DNA from: Tubulanus polymorphus
Taxonomy: Eukaryota > Animalia > Nemertea
Direction: 5' to 3'
DNA: 64,000 nt
Assembly (NCBI RefSeq): GCF_964204645.1
Contig: NC_134030.1
Location: 9,327,222-9,391,221 of the forward strand
Below the pieces are notes generated by a model. The model ran no database searches, was not told where the DNA came from, and saw only the letters and a list, made by a program, of their open reading frames with translations. Below, piece by piece: positions 1 to 15,100 of this stretch. Within the stretch, counting starts at the first letter, position 1; the number at the start of each line of letters is the position of its first letter. Position numbers and translations under genes: made by a program.

Positions 1-59
1 ATTGAGGATTGAGTAACTTAGAAAATACCTGATAACGCGCGCTTGTTTTTCTCCTACAG

Positions 60-146
60 AATCGCCTCGGCGCTGCCGGAAAGAAACACCGTCCTTCGAT
101 TTCGATTCCGAAAAGACGTGGGCCGAAGCTGAAGAAATCGCATGTC
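60..146 (+). CDS. KMT2C: KMT2C/D exon (basic, NRLGAAGKKHRPSISIPKRRGPKLKKSHV)
   Basis: ctacag acceptor, gtgagt donor, 87 nt phase 0-0. Confidence 0.8.
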
Positions 147-3100
147 GTGAGTACTTTTCGAGATTTTGATGATATTGCAAGTTGATGTAAAATTGTGTTA
201 ATCTAAAAAAATTTTCCAATATATGTTCGATAGAGATTTCTCATCAACCGGATTCAGTTCAACAGTGCAAAGTCATCTGAATTAAGTCGTCTGCCTTAAT
301 CTATAATGTGAAAATATTCTTCATCCATGAATTGATTTACAATATTATAGCTCTCGGGTTATCGGCTCGAATTAACGAAGGCTTTAGTTAGACCTGACAT
401 GTATTTTCTGAGTAAATCGATTTTGTTTTCACGTGTGTGTGTGTGTGTGTGTGTGTTTATAGGGTACTAGTAAAGATAAAGACGATGATGACGACCATCA
501 TTCAACCGTCGTGCTTTGTAAAACAACGGATCAGTTCGTGTTGGAACAGGTATGCGAAGAAATATAAAGCCGTAATTAATCGCGAAAACACTAAACAATT
601 AGAATTATACCAGATTTGGCAGAAAACTTATAGATAGACATGAGAGGAGTTAATGTCGCCATTTTCGTTAAAAATTAAAACCATCACATTTGGTATTTCC
701 ATTTGCTCAGTAGGTAACCGCTAGTCCGACTGTGGCATGCTAGAGTTTACTAGTAGTAGTTCGTTGTTCGCGTTCTTCAATTTCTTCTACATTTCGATTT
801 AAAAATCAAATCAACTTTTCACATCGGTTGAATCAAAAGTTGATTGAAAATACTGCATTATTGTCATTTCGTTTTGTGCCGGGCTGATTTCTAGTTATAT
901 TCGTAGCTTTTTCTTCGTATATAAAGTAGTTGATGGAACCAGCATTTTTGATTAGTAATATGAATAATTCAGCTATACATTATGCAAAGAGCAATAGGGC
1001 TCGAACCGCGTGCACTTTACGAAAGTAATCCGTACTAGTTAAATGAGTTATTAGTTTTACGTTATGTCTAGGATATGTGTATGGCCTGCGGTGCGTACGG
1101 TCGAGATGAAGAATCGCGTTTGATCGTTTGCGTTCAATGCGGGCAATGTTATCATCCCTACTGCGCAAATATCAAAGTAAGTATCTCAAACCTGACTACG
1201 ACCACTGTCTCAGAGTAGTTTCTCTTCTTTTTAAGTGCTCAACTAATACTAAAGAGATCAAAATATTCTCAAAATCAGAATGATAATCTAGTTTATCTCA
1301 AATTAAAGCTATCCCAGTACTATTTTCGATGTCCGATTATGCTAGATTTTGGTGAAAACTATAACAATTACAGATATTATCAGGTTGTGTGGTCTGAAAA
1401 TTCATAACGTAATTCCTTTCTCAAGTTTCGAATTTACTACCGCTAGGTGACTAAAGTGATACTAGAGAAGGGATGGCGTTGTTTAGATTGTACGGTGTGC
1501 GAAGGTTGTGGTAAACCTCACGATGAAAGTCGTCTGCTGTTGTGCGACGAATGCGATATCAGTTATCACATTTACTGTCTCGATCCGCCCCTCGATCACG
1601 TTCCGAAGGGCACCTGGAAGTGTAAATGGTAAGTAGCGGAAGCTTTTCAGTCGTGATAATATTAAATCCTGCGCTAAGAATAATGAAACTTAAGAAAAAT
1701 GAACTTACCTGGAAATCAGGGAAAAGTCTGCGAAATCTGTTGTGACGGCTAGATCGTGTACAAAATCAAACCACGCTATATGTATTTGTCTCGTATATCC
1801 GAGTCGGGAAAATAAGATAAAAACACACCATGTAAAAATTAAATTTCAATTAAAGTTAATTAATTTTAAAATCGAGAATTTATTAATTCAAAAGATAAGT
1901 CAGGGTAAACAATGTGCATGTCAGGGAATAGTCAGGAAAAAGTCGAGGAAAAAGCAACTCATAGGCCACCCTGATCACCCCGTTTTACTCAATTGATAAT
2001 CTGTTATTTACGTGCGATTAGGTGCGCCATTTGCACGACTTGTGCGACCACAGATCCGGGATTCGCTTGCCAGTGGCAGAACAACTATTCGCAATGCGGC
2101 CCGTGTGCTAGTTATTATTCATGTCCAGCATGCTATAGGCAATACAGAGACGAGGAACTCATCATTCAGTGCATTCAATGCGACAGGTACGTTCAACTCC
2201 AGATGAATTATTTGTTTTGACTTTTCGCAATACATTTGATAATGTAGGTTTGATGGAGATACGTACGTATTAATTGGCTGCCTTGGCCCCCATTCTGATA
2301 TTCGATCCATTCTCACCATTAATCCAATTTATGATCGTCAAGGCTTAATATGGCAAAAATTAACTTAAGATCATAAAAGCATGCCAGACATTATAGATAT
2401 TTCATCATCGGTTCTTCCATGTAATGAGAAAGAAATTCCCTATTATTTTACGTACATAGATTCATTGAAAGTTATCGTCTAAAATGATTATCTTGACTCA
2501 AAAAACTTTCAGATGGTTACATGCTATATGCGATGGATTGAAAACAGAGGAAGATGCCGAAAAGGCGTCTGAATTCGGTTATCAGTGTTTGTTTTGTCGT
2601 CCGAAGACCGGTGCTATGGGACCATGTAAGTTCATACATACCAATATGTGCACTTTTCTGTCAATGATAATGGGTCTACAATAATATCAATCCACTATTA
2701 AATTGAGTTTCACAATTTAATTCATTTTTTTTAATCCTCCTGCAATATACTTAGAGTGAGAAATTGTAAGAAGTAAAATGACATGGTGGCCATTTACCTA
2801 CAAAACAGGGAAAAGTCAGGGAATAGTTGGGGAAATTTGTAGATAAGCTCAAAATCAGGGAAATTTGTTGAGATTGTTCGATCGTGTTTAAAATCTGTTT
2901 CCGTCTATGTATTGCATATTTGACTGTGTTAATTGATTGGATTCTTAGCCGATCAAGTCAGGGAAGACAATGTACATGTGTACAGTGGATCGGTTTGGCC
3001 GAGTGGTTAGAGCGTTCGGCTCTGGGAAGCCAGGTCGTGGGTTCGAACCCTGTACAATGCCGTAGTGTCCTCGGGCAAGACACTTATCTTCATTGCCTGT

Positions 3101-6100
3101 CTCCACCCAGGATTAAATGGGTACCTAGCCTGATAGATGACTCCTGAGCGCTTGTTAGCAGCTCGGTGTTACTTCTCCCGAGGGAGAGATGACTGATACA
3201 TGTTAGAGTATAATAAAATTGGCCGGGGTAATAATACCGAAAATGTAAAGCGCTCTGAGCAGCTTGGCTGGATTTTTGCGTTATATAAGATACATATTAT
3301 TATTGTTACATTCAGGGAAATAGCCAGTCAAATATAAGTGGCCACCCTGTTGAATCAATTTTTAGACACTTATGCCAAATGGGTAGAATTTTATGATCAG
3401 ATAATCATGTGAACTGTCTTATGTTATTTGATTAGTGCCCATGCCGTCACCTCTTCCGTCGCCGGAGCCGATAATGCCGTCTCCTCCGCTGATGCGAGAA
3501 CCTGAGCTGCCGCCGCGGCCGCATTTCATGATCGACGGCGTTCTGTTGTCGGAAGACGGTTTAGGAATGATGAAGGAGTTGATGATGGAATCGCCGAAAA
3601 AACGTCGCAAGCAACGCCGCACGGCCAGCACCGACATGTCGATTCAACAGCATCCGCAGATCAGCCGTCTGCTGTCAGTCAGCGACCGCGAAGGTTCATT
3701 CGAGATCGATGACACCGACGAGCTTCTTAAAACAGGTATGGTACTCATGACCTTTTTGTAATTTCATGATATACCAATGCCAGTTTGGATCGAGTTCCTC
3801 AGTTGTGAGTTCGAGTTAACTCTGAGTTAAGATTAGTTCATTTTCGATGTTTTAACTCGGAGTCAAATCTTAAATTACAACTGTGGAACTGGGTCCTGAT
3901 GGCTTAAGTTTGAGATTTTCCCTGAGGGCCATAGTTGTGGTTTGAAATTCGACTCAATAAATCAAAGTATTGGAAATGAAAAATTAGAGAGTCAAATCTA
4001 ACAACTGATGACTGGGTCCGGTCTTAATTATTCTGATTCAATAGGTTTCAGGTTGACCTTTTTTAACTGGTTTCGAAAGGCATATCCTTAATTAACTAGA
4101 AATTTCCTTATTTTGATTTGGTATGGATATTTCAATAGATATGGATGCTGAAGAAATGGCTAAAATTCCGGAAGAAGAGGCCAGTCTAATTGGTGTCGAT
4201 GGCGAACCTCTGGTGAAAACAACCGACGGGGCACCCGCGATAGAAGGCGGCGTTAAAAAACGACAAAAACGCCGCCCGATCAAACCAGGTATCGGGGGCT
4301 TCTTCGCGAGGTCGCGCGGAGCCGGTCGAAGCATGTTCCGTCGAAACATGATGTCGAAATTCCCGATAGCTTCGACGTCGACGGTCGGAGAATGCGACTT
4401 CTTCCCCGGGGAGGGCGAGAAAAAACGCAAAGGTCGACGACCGGTGAAGAAAAAAGAGAAAAAGACTCTGGAGGATAATTATCCGGTTTATTTGACAGTA
4501 AGATTTGCCCTTCCATTCGTTATATGTTGTTCACAACTTTCGCGTGCCTCTGAACATTTCTTTCGCTTTGAAAATGGGTTCCGCTTGTAAGCGGCATTAA
4601 AGAGCAGGCCCAGGGTGGTCACTGACCTGGGAAACCTGGAAGACTCAGGGAATCAGGAATATTTAGAAAAAAAATTGGGGCAAACTCAGGGAATTTGACA
4701 AATTTTACCAAATACCAGGAAAATGCAGGAAATTAGGATGATGCTATTGACCAGGTGTTTCTTTATCAGTAGTTGATTCAATGGAAAATGAATGAATTGT
4801 TACATTTGAAACCTACAGATTTCTCCGATTCACTCAGGGAATTTTATGTGATGACTTGGAAAACATCAGGGAAAATGACCCCCCTATGTGCTCTTTTCGA
4901 ATACAGCAATTATGTCATTTGTAGTCATATCGTCGACCTCTTTTGTAGGCAAAAAAGCGTCTACCGATGCTAATCATGCTTGAATTTAAATGAATGTAAA
5001 ATTGAGGTTTGGATCATTGTGGAAATATCCTGTTGACAAATTTTTTACAACCCACACCACAGGGTCATACCCTAGCAGACTTTACTGCACCTTGATAAAC
5101 TATTGGTTCATTGATCTTAAGATTAATTTTGTAAACGTTAAAATTTTCATTTTTAGGAGGCATTTTTCGGTAATGATTTGATGGATGAAAAAGCGGTGAC
5201 GAAGGATGCAGACGCGATCAGTATCGCGTCCGAAGACGATCAGGACGATTTGTCGCCGTTGAAAACCGATAAATCGGACACGTTCACGTTCATTCCGTCT
5301 CCTAAACGTCTGACGTCGCAACAAACGCAAGATCACCACGAGGACATGCATAATCTAGGTTCGTTTCTTGCGGTTCGAAGTTCCCGGAAATATTTCATTA
5401 CCTATCTGTGGAGCGGTGTGGCCGAGCGGTTAGAGCGTTCGATTCTGAGAAGCCAGGTCGTGGGTTCGAACCCCGTACATTGCCGTAGTGTCCTCGGGCA
5501 AGACACTTATCCTCATTGCCTCTCTCCACCCAGGAGTAAATGGGTACCTGGCCTGATAGATGACTCCTGAGCGTTTGATAGCAGCTCGGTGTTACTTCTC
5601 CCCAGGGAGAGATGACTGATACATGTTAGAGTATAAAATTGGCCGGGGTAATAATATCGAAAAATGTAAAGCGCTCTGAGCAGCCTGGCTGGATTTAGCG
5701 CTATATAAGACACATATTATTATCTTAGTTTTAGAACTACTAGAATCAGAGATTAAAAACGAAAAATTATTGAGCATTTGATAATTTCCAAAGGTCAATT
5801 TGTATACAGGCTGGTTTGAAAGGCTTACCTTTAAGCAGGAGGTTGTAAGTGATAATGTATTTCCTGCTTTTCCTCACTTATGCTTTTCCTTTTCCTCACA
5901 TTTCTATAGACGATGGTGACTTGAAGGACCTGTTGCCCAGTGATTTGTTGATGCCAAGTGATCTCCCTCACGATGACGAACTGTTGGGAATGCTCGGTGA
6001 TGAGCTATCTAAAGATGGCACAGGTAGTGAAGACGATTACTTATTGAAATACATTTCCAGTCATGGCGAATTTCATTTAAAAAGTCGGGAAATTTTTGTA

Positions 6101-9100
6101 AAATAGCTCGAAATCAGGGAAAAGTCAATGAAATTGATGAGATTGCTAGATCACAGTTTCCATGTCTATGTCTTACAAATTTGACTGTGTTAATTGATTA
6201 AGTTCTTAGAAGATCAGTAAGGGAAAACAACGCGCATGTCAGGGAATAGTCAGGGAATCAGCAAGTCAAATAAAAGCCACTCTGAAAATATGTTTTTAGG
6301 CCAGCTGTATGCTTAGCTTTTTTGCCATGATACAAATTTGTGAGAATTTAAATGCTATGGTTTCCAGATAGCTTTTGCACTGAGCATATGTCCACAAGAA
6401 ATGATTTCATCGTATTTCTTGGTGTAATTTTAGAAATGGATGAACCCGTACACGGCGATGAAAAGGAAGGACCGAAAGATACATTAGCCGAAACATTTGA
6501 ACAAATACTAAGTCCCAATATCGATGTCGATAAAAATCTGGACGTCGATAAAATGCTCACTGAAGGTAAGTTATCGTGCCTGTCAAGTTTTGAGTAGGTA
6601 GATTAAATTACGAATATATTTAACACATTCGTGCCGCTGATTGAATCTTATTAGTAGTCAGCCATTTGATTGCGGAGTGGGCTGGTACGGTTATAGCTCT
6701 GGTTTAAGTCGTCGAGTTCGTTGCTACTGCGATCCCTCTCATTTGCTACTTAGAGTTATCTAATATTTGGCAACAGCAGTTCTTCAGAATTCACTAATGT
6801 GTATATAACATTGACTTGAGGTACTGTGTCTTTCTGGGTGCTAAATGTGTCAATTCCATCAAATCAGAACAGCAAACAGCTGATAAAAACCTGCTAGTGG
6901 AGTACTGCCTAATGCCCGATCATGGGGTAGCCTTATTGAATGATTTTGATGACATTTGGAATGACTGGTTGACTAGAAGCTTGTCAATTCGGGTTGATCT
7001 AGTTAACGTATCTAATATGTTTCTCGGTTGTTTCGTCTTACCGGTAGGATAGTACGCATTCATCGTTGAATTATTGATCGTTTCAGGATTTCAAGGATTA
7101 ACTCAGATCGACAGCAAAACCGTCGAGGATATCATCGGCGTTTTGAGTAATAACGACCACCGCCATCAAACGCCGACTGGTGCCGAAACTTCGCAGCCGG
7201 CTCCTACGCCGCCTCCGCCGCCAGCGAGTTCGGGCTTTCATCTTCCGCATCCGCTACCATCGATGGCCGGACCGTCTTCGTCCGCGATGCCGGGCCCGTC
7301 GGGTCCTCCCGGTCCCGGTGGAATGCCAGGCCCGACGCGGCCGCAACCGCCTACCAGTTTGAGCCCCTACAACCTGCCACCGCCGTCGCCTTATCACACT
7401 CCGGCTGAACTATCGAGGTACGTGTATCCGAATTAAGCCTCTCAGTGCGTCCACACCGCTGTGCGGTGTATTAATGGGTAATGAACTTTACTAGCTATAT
7501 CCAATTTTCGCTCCCAGAAGTCTGAAGAATGTTTTTCGACGGAACCTGATTTTTCAAAAGTATCGAGGTAATGGAGCCTCAAACTCACTGCCTGGGGCTT
7601 TGTACATTCCGTCCTCCCTCATTTAACTGGCACATGAATCCGTTTGTTTACTGGACATCCGTTCTTAGCTACCAAAAATATAGATTAGTTCTCATGTTCT
7701 TTCTACATTCCGTCAAATCAAAACAGCAAACAGCTGGTAAAGAAACTGCTAGCGGAGTACTTCCTAATGCGTTAGCCTTATCCATTGATTTTGATGATAT
7801 TAGGAATGACTGGCACATGAATGCCTTTCTTTACTGGACATCCATTTTTATTGACCAAAAACATGAATTAGTACTCTTCTTTCCGCAGCCCGCAATTCAG
7901 CCCGAATTTCCCCGAACCGATGACTCCGCCGATGTGGCAACAAGTCGAGGAAACCGAAACGGAAACTCTGTCATACAACAAACGTAACATAATGAAGTGG
8001 GAGAAAGATGAGCCGTTCGGCGACCAGGCGACGATATCGCCCGTTCTGTACGCCAATATCAATCATCCCGAGCTGAAAATCGAATATCCCGAATGGAGCG
8101 AACGAGCGAAACAAATCGCGAAAATATGGAGACGAGTTCCGACTGAACAAAGAGCGCCGTATCTGGTGAGTGTGGAAGATATTCTCGTATTATTGGTTTT
8201 TGGACTTGCTTTGTGAGACCCTTATTTTCGTTCTGCCTGTGTCTCTGTGTATGTGTCTCCGCGTGTAATGTGACTTTCAGCAACTAAGCTTTGTTGATAG
8301 TGGATCGATCTTGATGAAACTTGGGTACGATGTTAGTATGGGGGTCTAGTTATGCAGTGCAAAGAACGGACCCAGGGCGCCACCTAGTGGCAGATGTAGG
8401 CATTAAAAACTCAGTTTTCTCAGTGACATGACCTTGCTGATGACTTCATTACTGAGGAACGGGGTCAAATTTCTAAAAGTTGTCTTGAAAAAATTTAGCT
8501 ATTGGTCCTAGATACAACGTATCAAAAATGCAAAGCAAACTAAGGAATAGTAATATCGGAGTTCCAGATTCGCGCCTGAGCCCGAGAACCATTGTTGCCT
8601 GTGGTTGTTTATATCTCGCCTCTTCATCATCTCCCTTGTCTTAGATTTCACCGAGGACATTGCCTCAAATGAGCATAAACTTCAACCCGTACTTTCGACA
8701 TGTTTTCTTAGGCTAAAGCTCGTGAGAACAGGGCTAGCAACCGCATGCAGAAATCGCAGAAAGCCGCATGCGTCCAGGTCATGCCGCCGCCTCCACCACC
8801 GCCGAGGCAGAAAATGTCCGCCGACGAGCGTTTTCAACGCGAACAGAAAATGTTACGCGAACAAGAGCAAGAACGACAATGGAAACATTTCCAGGCGTTA
8901 CGACAACAACAGTTACAAGTCCAAATGCCTCTCGGCGAGCGCCTCAACAGTCCAGGTATGTCGAGTTCAAATCCGGTTCGATCAATGAATAACAGTGAAG
9001 CTGTGTGTAAAGGTCTGGGGCCAGTTGCTCAAAAGCTAATTAAAGATAACCGGCAGATAGATACCATAGAAGCGATGAACTTATAAAGTGTCACTATGTC

Positions 9101-12063
9101 AACTATCCATTTGTTAACTCTTACCAACTTTTGAGCAACCTGATGTATACAACTGTGAGAAAATCTGATTTGCAAGCCTGTGAATGAAAATTACAAGATG
9201 AGGTAGAGCTCAATCTTGGTACCATATTTGTTGGCTTGTATCTCGACCTATTTAAGCCTGTTCGGTTCAATAGCCGGAATAAGGTAGCGTGATGAACGTC
9301 GGCAATAATACGAAAACTTAGGCCAGTTTCCAACTTGAAAAATTCCCACTTAGGGACAGAAAAATATTTGAAAATGGGACTCAACACTTACTAACTCAAG
9401 CATTTGTACATGTCATACATACTGTGTCTGTTCACTTCTTCTGAGACCACTTACCTTTGATGATACTGAGGGTTACTGCATATCTATGATAGCAGTTGGC
9501 TGTCGAGCTTGCAATGTCTTCTCAGATACTTGATTTCATAGAGTGAAGATTTGGCAGCCTGAATTGTGTGTTATTAAGACATTTCTTCTGTCTTGCATCT
9601 TCACGATGCCACTAGTTGTAGTTAATGTGTATTCATTTCAACGACTCCCCGTAGAGACACTGCTAAACATTGGTGTTATACAATAATCAGCTTTTGACTA
9701 TTTTCAAATCAGTGCGATCTTGTATTTTGATATTTGACTGCTGTAGAAAGTACAATTTGGTGTTAGTTGATTAATCAGGTTTTTTGGTGATTTACAGGAA
9801 GTGTTGGTGCTGAAAACACGGGTGCTATTACCCCTGATGGTCAAACACCGACTTCTATATGCGGGACTGTTACGACGAGCTCCAGTCCTCCCATGGGAAC
9901 TAGTCCGAGCACTTGGAGCGAAGGCGGAGATTCGTTTACGATGGGTCCACCTCCGGCTGGTTCTACGACGCCGCGTCCACCGACGACGCAATCTTATGAC
10001 CCGTACGCGCAGGCGCCGTCGACGCCCAGACCCGATCCGCAGGGGCAGTTGGCACAACCTCCGCCACCCGAGAACGGCATTCGCCCGTCGATGGTCGGTC
10101 CGCGTATGATGCACCGACCGGAAGGATTCCCCGGCGCGGGCATGCCGCGACCGCCTACGCCCCAGGATCCGTATGCACGGCCACCGGGAACGCCTAGACC
10201 CGAACCGATCGGTCAACCGCGACATCCCGAAGAATCATTCCAGCGACCGCCGCACGGCGAAATGGGCGTGCGGCCGCCATTCGGAATGCGTGTACCTCCC
10301 GGTATGGGTCAACGCCCGCCGGGAGATCCGTTCCGCAATCGCGCGATGTCTGTTCCCGGCGAGCCTAACGTGGGTAACCAGTTTCCACCGGGGCATCCGC
10401 GTACGCCAGAAGCGTTCATGCATGGATCGCGCGAACAGATCGGCCAGATACCCGGCGCGACGCGGCCACCGTTTCCTCCGCGACCGCGAATGATGGGACT
10501 GCAACGATCGATATCCGACCCATACGGCCAACAAGTACGAACGCCGAGACCGTCCGATCCGTATGCCCAACAACCGATGACTCCACGACCGAGCGACATG
10601 TTTCCGCGTCCGCCGGTTTCGGAGCCGTGCAGCCCGGGCGGTCGCGCGCCTGGTGAACATTACGGTCCGCCACACGTTCATCAACAGTTTAACCAGCCCG
10701 GCGCCCCGCCGCCATTCCAAGACAATTTCAATCAGTCGCCGTCGACGCCGCATCCAGTGCCACCGGCGACGCCGACCGACCCGTACGCGAAACAACCTCA
10801 AACGCCGCGACCACCGCCGGATCACTTTAGTCCCACCGACCCGTACGCGCAACCTCCGCAAACGCCGCGTAGCGTCGACAGCTATTCGCAACCGGCGACG
10901 CCGCGTCCGACCGATCCGTACGCGCAGGCGCCACCGACCCCGCATTCTGATCCATTTTCCGGCGGTGGTTCCGAACAGGCCGGTGGATACAACGCCAATC
11001 TGCAGCATATAATCACAACGGAAAAACAACGTTTCATGGAAGAGGAAACGCCTCAAATGGTGAGTAGATTCTTCAGTCGTCGGTATAACAATGAAATATT
11101 ATCCAGTATTCAGGGTTACTTTAATCGATTAGTTTTTAGCTTAAGCTTAGTCAGGCTTGAGGGGTAAACTCAGCGTGCGCCATAAGCTGGAATTTTATAG
11201 GGGCTGCATTAACACATCGTGGCTGCTGAAGTTACTAAGCTTTCGATCCCCTTAAAAAGGTACAAAACAATTAAGCTTAATATTGGTGTAATCTTCTAGT
11301 TTTCACTATGTAACTCAATAGGCCTATATTTCAAAGCAATAGTCTCAGCAGAGAGTTCTTGCAAAAAGAAAATATACTAAGAAGAGGCTCATTAATGGGT
11401 GCTGAGTGAAATAGTAGATATAGTCTATTAAGAGTTATGGGGGGGACTTTTCAGAGGCTGGGGTGTCCCTATCACCTTGCCATTTAAAGAAAACATCTAT
11501 CACAATATTTTATATTTTCATACTTTCCTGGCTGATCTCTTCTCGGTATAGATATAAGCCGCAATCACGCAGAGACGAGTTGGCCCGGGCCAAATTGGCT
11601 CAGATCAGGCCCAAATAAAATTTGGCCCGCCTATTTAGGGAGAGCGTTCACACGCAAATCAATCTCTCAATACTAAACAATGCGTAAAGTAATCACTTCC
11701 GGAACCAGTTGCAATTTACATGCAAGAATTCGTCCTTGAATAAGAATTTGACCGGTGCTGAAATTTGGCATGGACCTGGTCAGTCATTTTAGGCACGAAC
11801 CAAAAACGCTCTCGGGTGAACGCGGCTACCATTTCATTCCTTTCAGTCATTGCCGGATTCAGAAATTGTTTCATTCGTCGTTTATGATTTTATTTCGGTG
11901 TATATCGCTTATAATCTTTTAAATTTGAGATATCGATTGTGTTTGCAGGATTCGCATTCCCGCGTGTTATCGCGGGTAAGTTTTATCATTGATTACTTTT
12001 TTGTTTTGTTTCGATGCATCGTGGCAGATTTTTAGAATGTTTGTTATCTTCCTTCGCGGGGTT

Positions 12064-12148
<85 letters not shown>

Positions 12149-15100
12149 CCTAAGTCTTGTTAGCGTGTATGCGGGTGCTTACTCCGTGTCTGTGAAGTTT
12201 GGTACCTAGGTGTTTATTCTGAATTCCGGATGCCGGCCGCAGCGTTCATACAGGCAGAGTCAATACCTAGCTTAACTCCCCTTAAAGTTTTCAATTGTGT
12301 CTGGTTTCCATTTTCCCAGGGTTTCAATTAATTGCACAAAATTCATGTTTTTTGGATGTAAAATTGTACAAAAAAAACCTCTAGAAATAAAGTTCCGTTT
12401 TCGATAACACATGGACAAATTTGGTATCATTCGAAAGCTATCTGCCTTATACTCAGCTGCTGTAGTTGTTTTGAACCCTAGCCATGTCTTATCAGATGTT
12501 AGGCAAACGAAATGACATGGAAGACGTTCGAAACCCTCAGGTGATGGGTGTTGACATGAACGTTTGTACGTCTAAAACCCAAAGAGAATGGCCGCATTAG
12601 ACGTAAACATGTGCCCGAAACCTTTAAGGGGTTGATAAGAATTTAAGAACAATTGATTAAGATGTGGGGCCATGAACAACAAACAGTTGCTTGATCACCT
12701 TGTGAATATCATCAACATATTCATATTCATATGACACTAAATACTTCATCTAAATTCTGTATTTTGCACAATACTAAGATAAAAAACCCACTAGGCTCAT
12801 AGTAGGTTTTTATCTTATTATCCATTCACTATAACCTTAGAGTGTGGTTATTGTACTATTTCGGTACTGTATCTAAAATTGGGCGATTTAGATTTAAAAT
12901 ACGCAAATTAACAGAGATTAAAGAAAAACCCAGTGCTATTAAGAAAAACTAACAGAATGTAGTGACGCTTCAACTCAATTCAATGAGCCATTTCCAAAAC
13001 TGTCACTAGTTTCTCTTCATAATTGCGGGTCTTTCTTGAATCTTTCATGAATTTTTTTTATCTTAAAATAGGGATTTTCCCTGTTATTTATTTGGCTGGT
13101 AAATTTCGTTTGATTTTTTGATTGAGTGTCCCTTACAGACCCACCACACCTGTCGGGAGCGAAACGAATAATTGGCAGTCACTTGTGTTTAGAAACGGAA
13201 CCCTATGATATATTAAGATGCTTATTTGCTGGCAATGTCTTTTGGTTTTATGTCAGGCATAGGCCTATATATTTAGATTTAAATCCACGCTACTTTCAGC
13301 CTAACATGGTGTCGGGTATTTCGCAAGAGGTCGGACCCCGTTTAGGGAAGATCGTTTGTTGTTTCGTCTATGTTGTTTTTTGTTTTTCCTGCCGAACTGG
13401 TAATCACTAAAAACTGCCCCGAAAGTCTTAATCGTTTAAAATACCAAACGTCAATATCCCGTGTCTTAAAATATTTAACTGGCTTCGTTGAAATTTGTGA
13501 TTATTGTTTCCGACCATTTGTGAATAACGCCTAGATTCGTTTACTTGTCGTTTTCTATCGTCTTTTCGGTTTAATATCCTTTTCTCGTTTCATTTCGATG
13601 CATGCCGTATTAATTAGCTACGTTCGTAAATGATCAAAATCAAGAATTTTTTGTTATATTTCATTTTCATATTTGATTTTATGCGAATTTTTAGTAGTGT
13701 TTTCTATATATATCTATATACGTTAAACCCCGCACTGAATTTAAAAAACTAGATAGACTGGTCGCTCATTAGCCCATTAGAGCTCAGGAAATTCGCTATG
13801 TAGTGTCTATTACTCCTCAGAGAATTCAAGGGAAAATCCACATTTATCCACATTTATCACGATACAGAATCAGCTCATTTCCAGTTGATTTTCATATGTA
13901 ACAAGTTCGTGTTATTTTGTATTAAACACATGCTTTCATATGAAACTAAGATTTGATAAGGTGGGCCACCAAAATCATTACCTTTGGCCCCTTATCCAGA
14001 GTAACTTATGAGCATTCGTACTCAAAATACTCAACAATTTCAAATAATAGGAAGATGTCGATTTCCGTACGGAATTTTGACGTCTTGGGTGTCTAGTTTA
14101 TCATAAGCTATTGGTTTGAATCGCATTATTTACCGTTTCTGTCTAGCAGATGAAAGATATTGATTTCTGTACGGAATTTTGATGTCGTGGGTACCTCGTT
14201 CATTCTGCGATATTGGATTCGAATCTCACCGTAACTGCTATTGTGTAGCAGACAAAAAAGGGTCAGGGCCGAGTCAGGGTGGTCGAGGAGTAATAGGCAG
14301 GGCGGATGTGGTTGCCTTGAGGGCTAATAATAGGTTTTAAGTGAATCAACTATCATCTTAAGTAACAACTCGTGTTAAAATCTTTCCGAGAAAACTCCGA
14401 AATCCCTCCCGTATCGCGTGTACTACCATTTTGCGATGATCGTTTCTAAACTTCTTTTTCTCTTATGTTTTTTCATTCGCCGCTGTCACATCCTCCATTT
14501 GCCAAACATTCCCACCGCACACCGCGTCTTTACATATTACAAAAACGTATAAACCACGTACGTAGCTTGAGCATATATTCAGTCGGCGCCTGTCGTTCCT
14601 GGGTCTGAAGGCGACCCAGACGCCGACACCGCCGCCAACGACCCCGGCAGCCTCTACCACCACTGCTGACCTTGCTCGGGTAAGTGTGGCATGCGACGAC
14701 TAGTGCGATCTAGGCAGATTATCCATCCATGTCCGTCGTCTTCGTGTTTTTATAGGGGACGCGCCACGGCGTTTAGTTCTTGCGGGGTGGCCAATGACCT
14801 GGGAAAACTCGGGGAATCAGAAAATTCGAGAAAAAATCAGGGAAAACTCGTGGAAATTAACAGATTTCACCAAAAACAAGAAAATTCAGGGAATTTGGAC
14901 GATGCTCTTGGCCACGTGTGTCTCTATCAGTATGTGATTCTATGAAAAATGAATGCATTATAAAATTCAAACATAGAAATCTCTGATTCACGCGGGGAAT
15001 TTTGTGTACAACACATGGAAAAATCAGGAAAAACTCGAGGGATTTGTTAACGGGTAGTAAGTGGCCACCCTGTCCGATAGATACAATTCGCCAGCATTTC

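Noticed and set aside
2985-3060. Functional tRNA genes at the SINE heads (also 5408 and 20474)
   Set aside because: They continue into CORE-like and LINE-tail sequence or lack a proper acceptor stem, so they are SINE-derived.
8438-8460. Hammerhead core CTGATGA...GAAC
   Set aside because: Lacks GAAA and stems I/III.
10235-11056. Arg-rich antisense ORFs over GC-rich exons (also 19450-20013 and others)
   Set aside because: Shadow ORFs of Pro/Ser-rich codons with no domain signal.
9798-11059. DPYAQxPxTPRP repeats as a novel module
   Set aside because: Similar repeats are a known feature of vertebrate KMT2C/D.
13139-13175. Extra exon after the CCTTACAG acceptor
   Set aside because: The required phase-0 reading hits TAA after 10 codons and no good donor follows.
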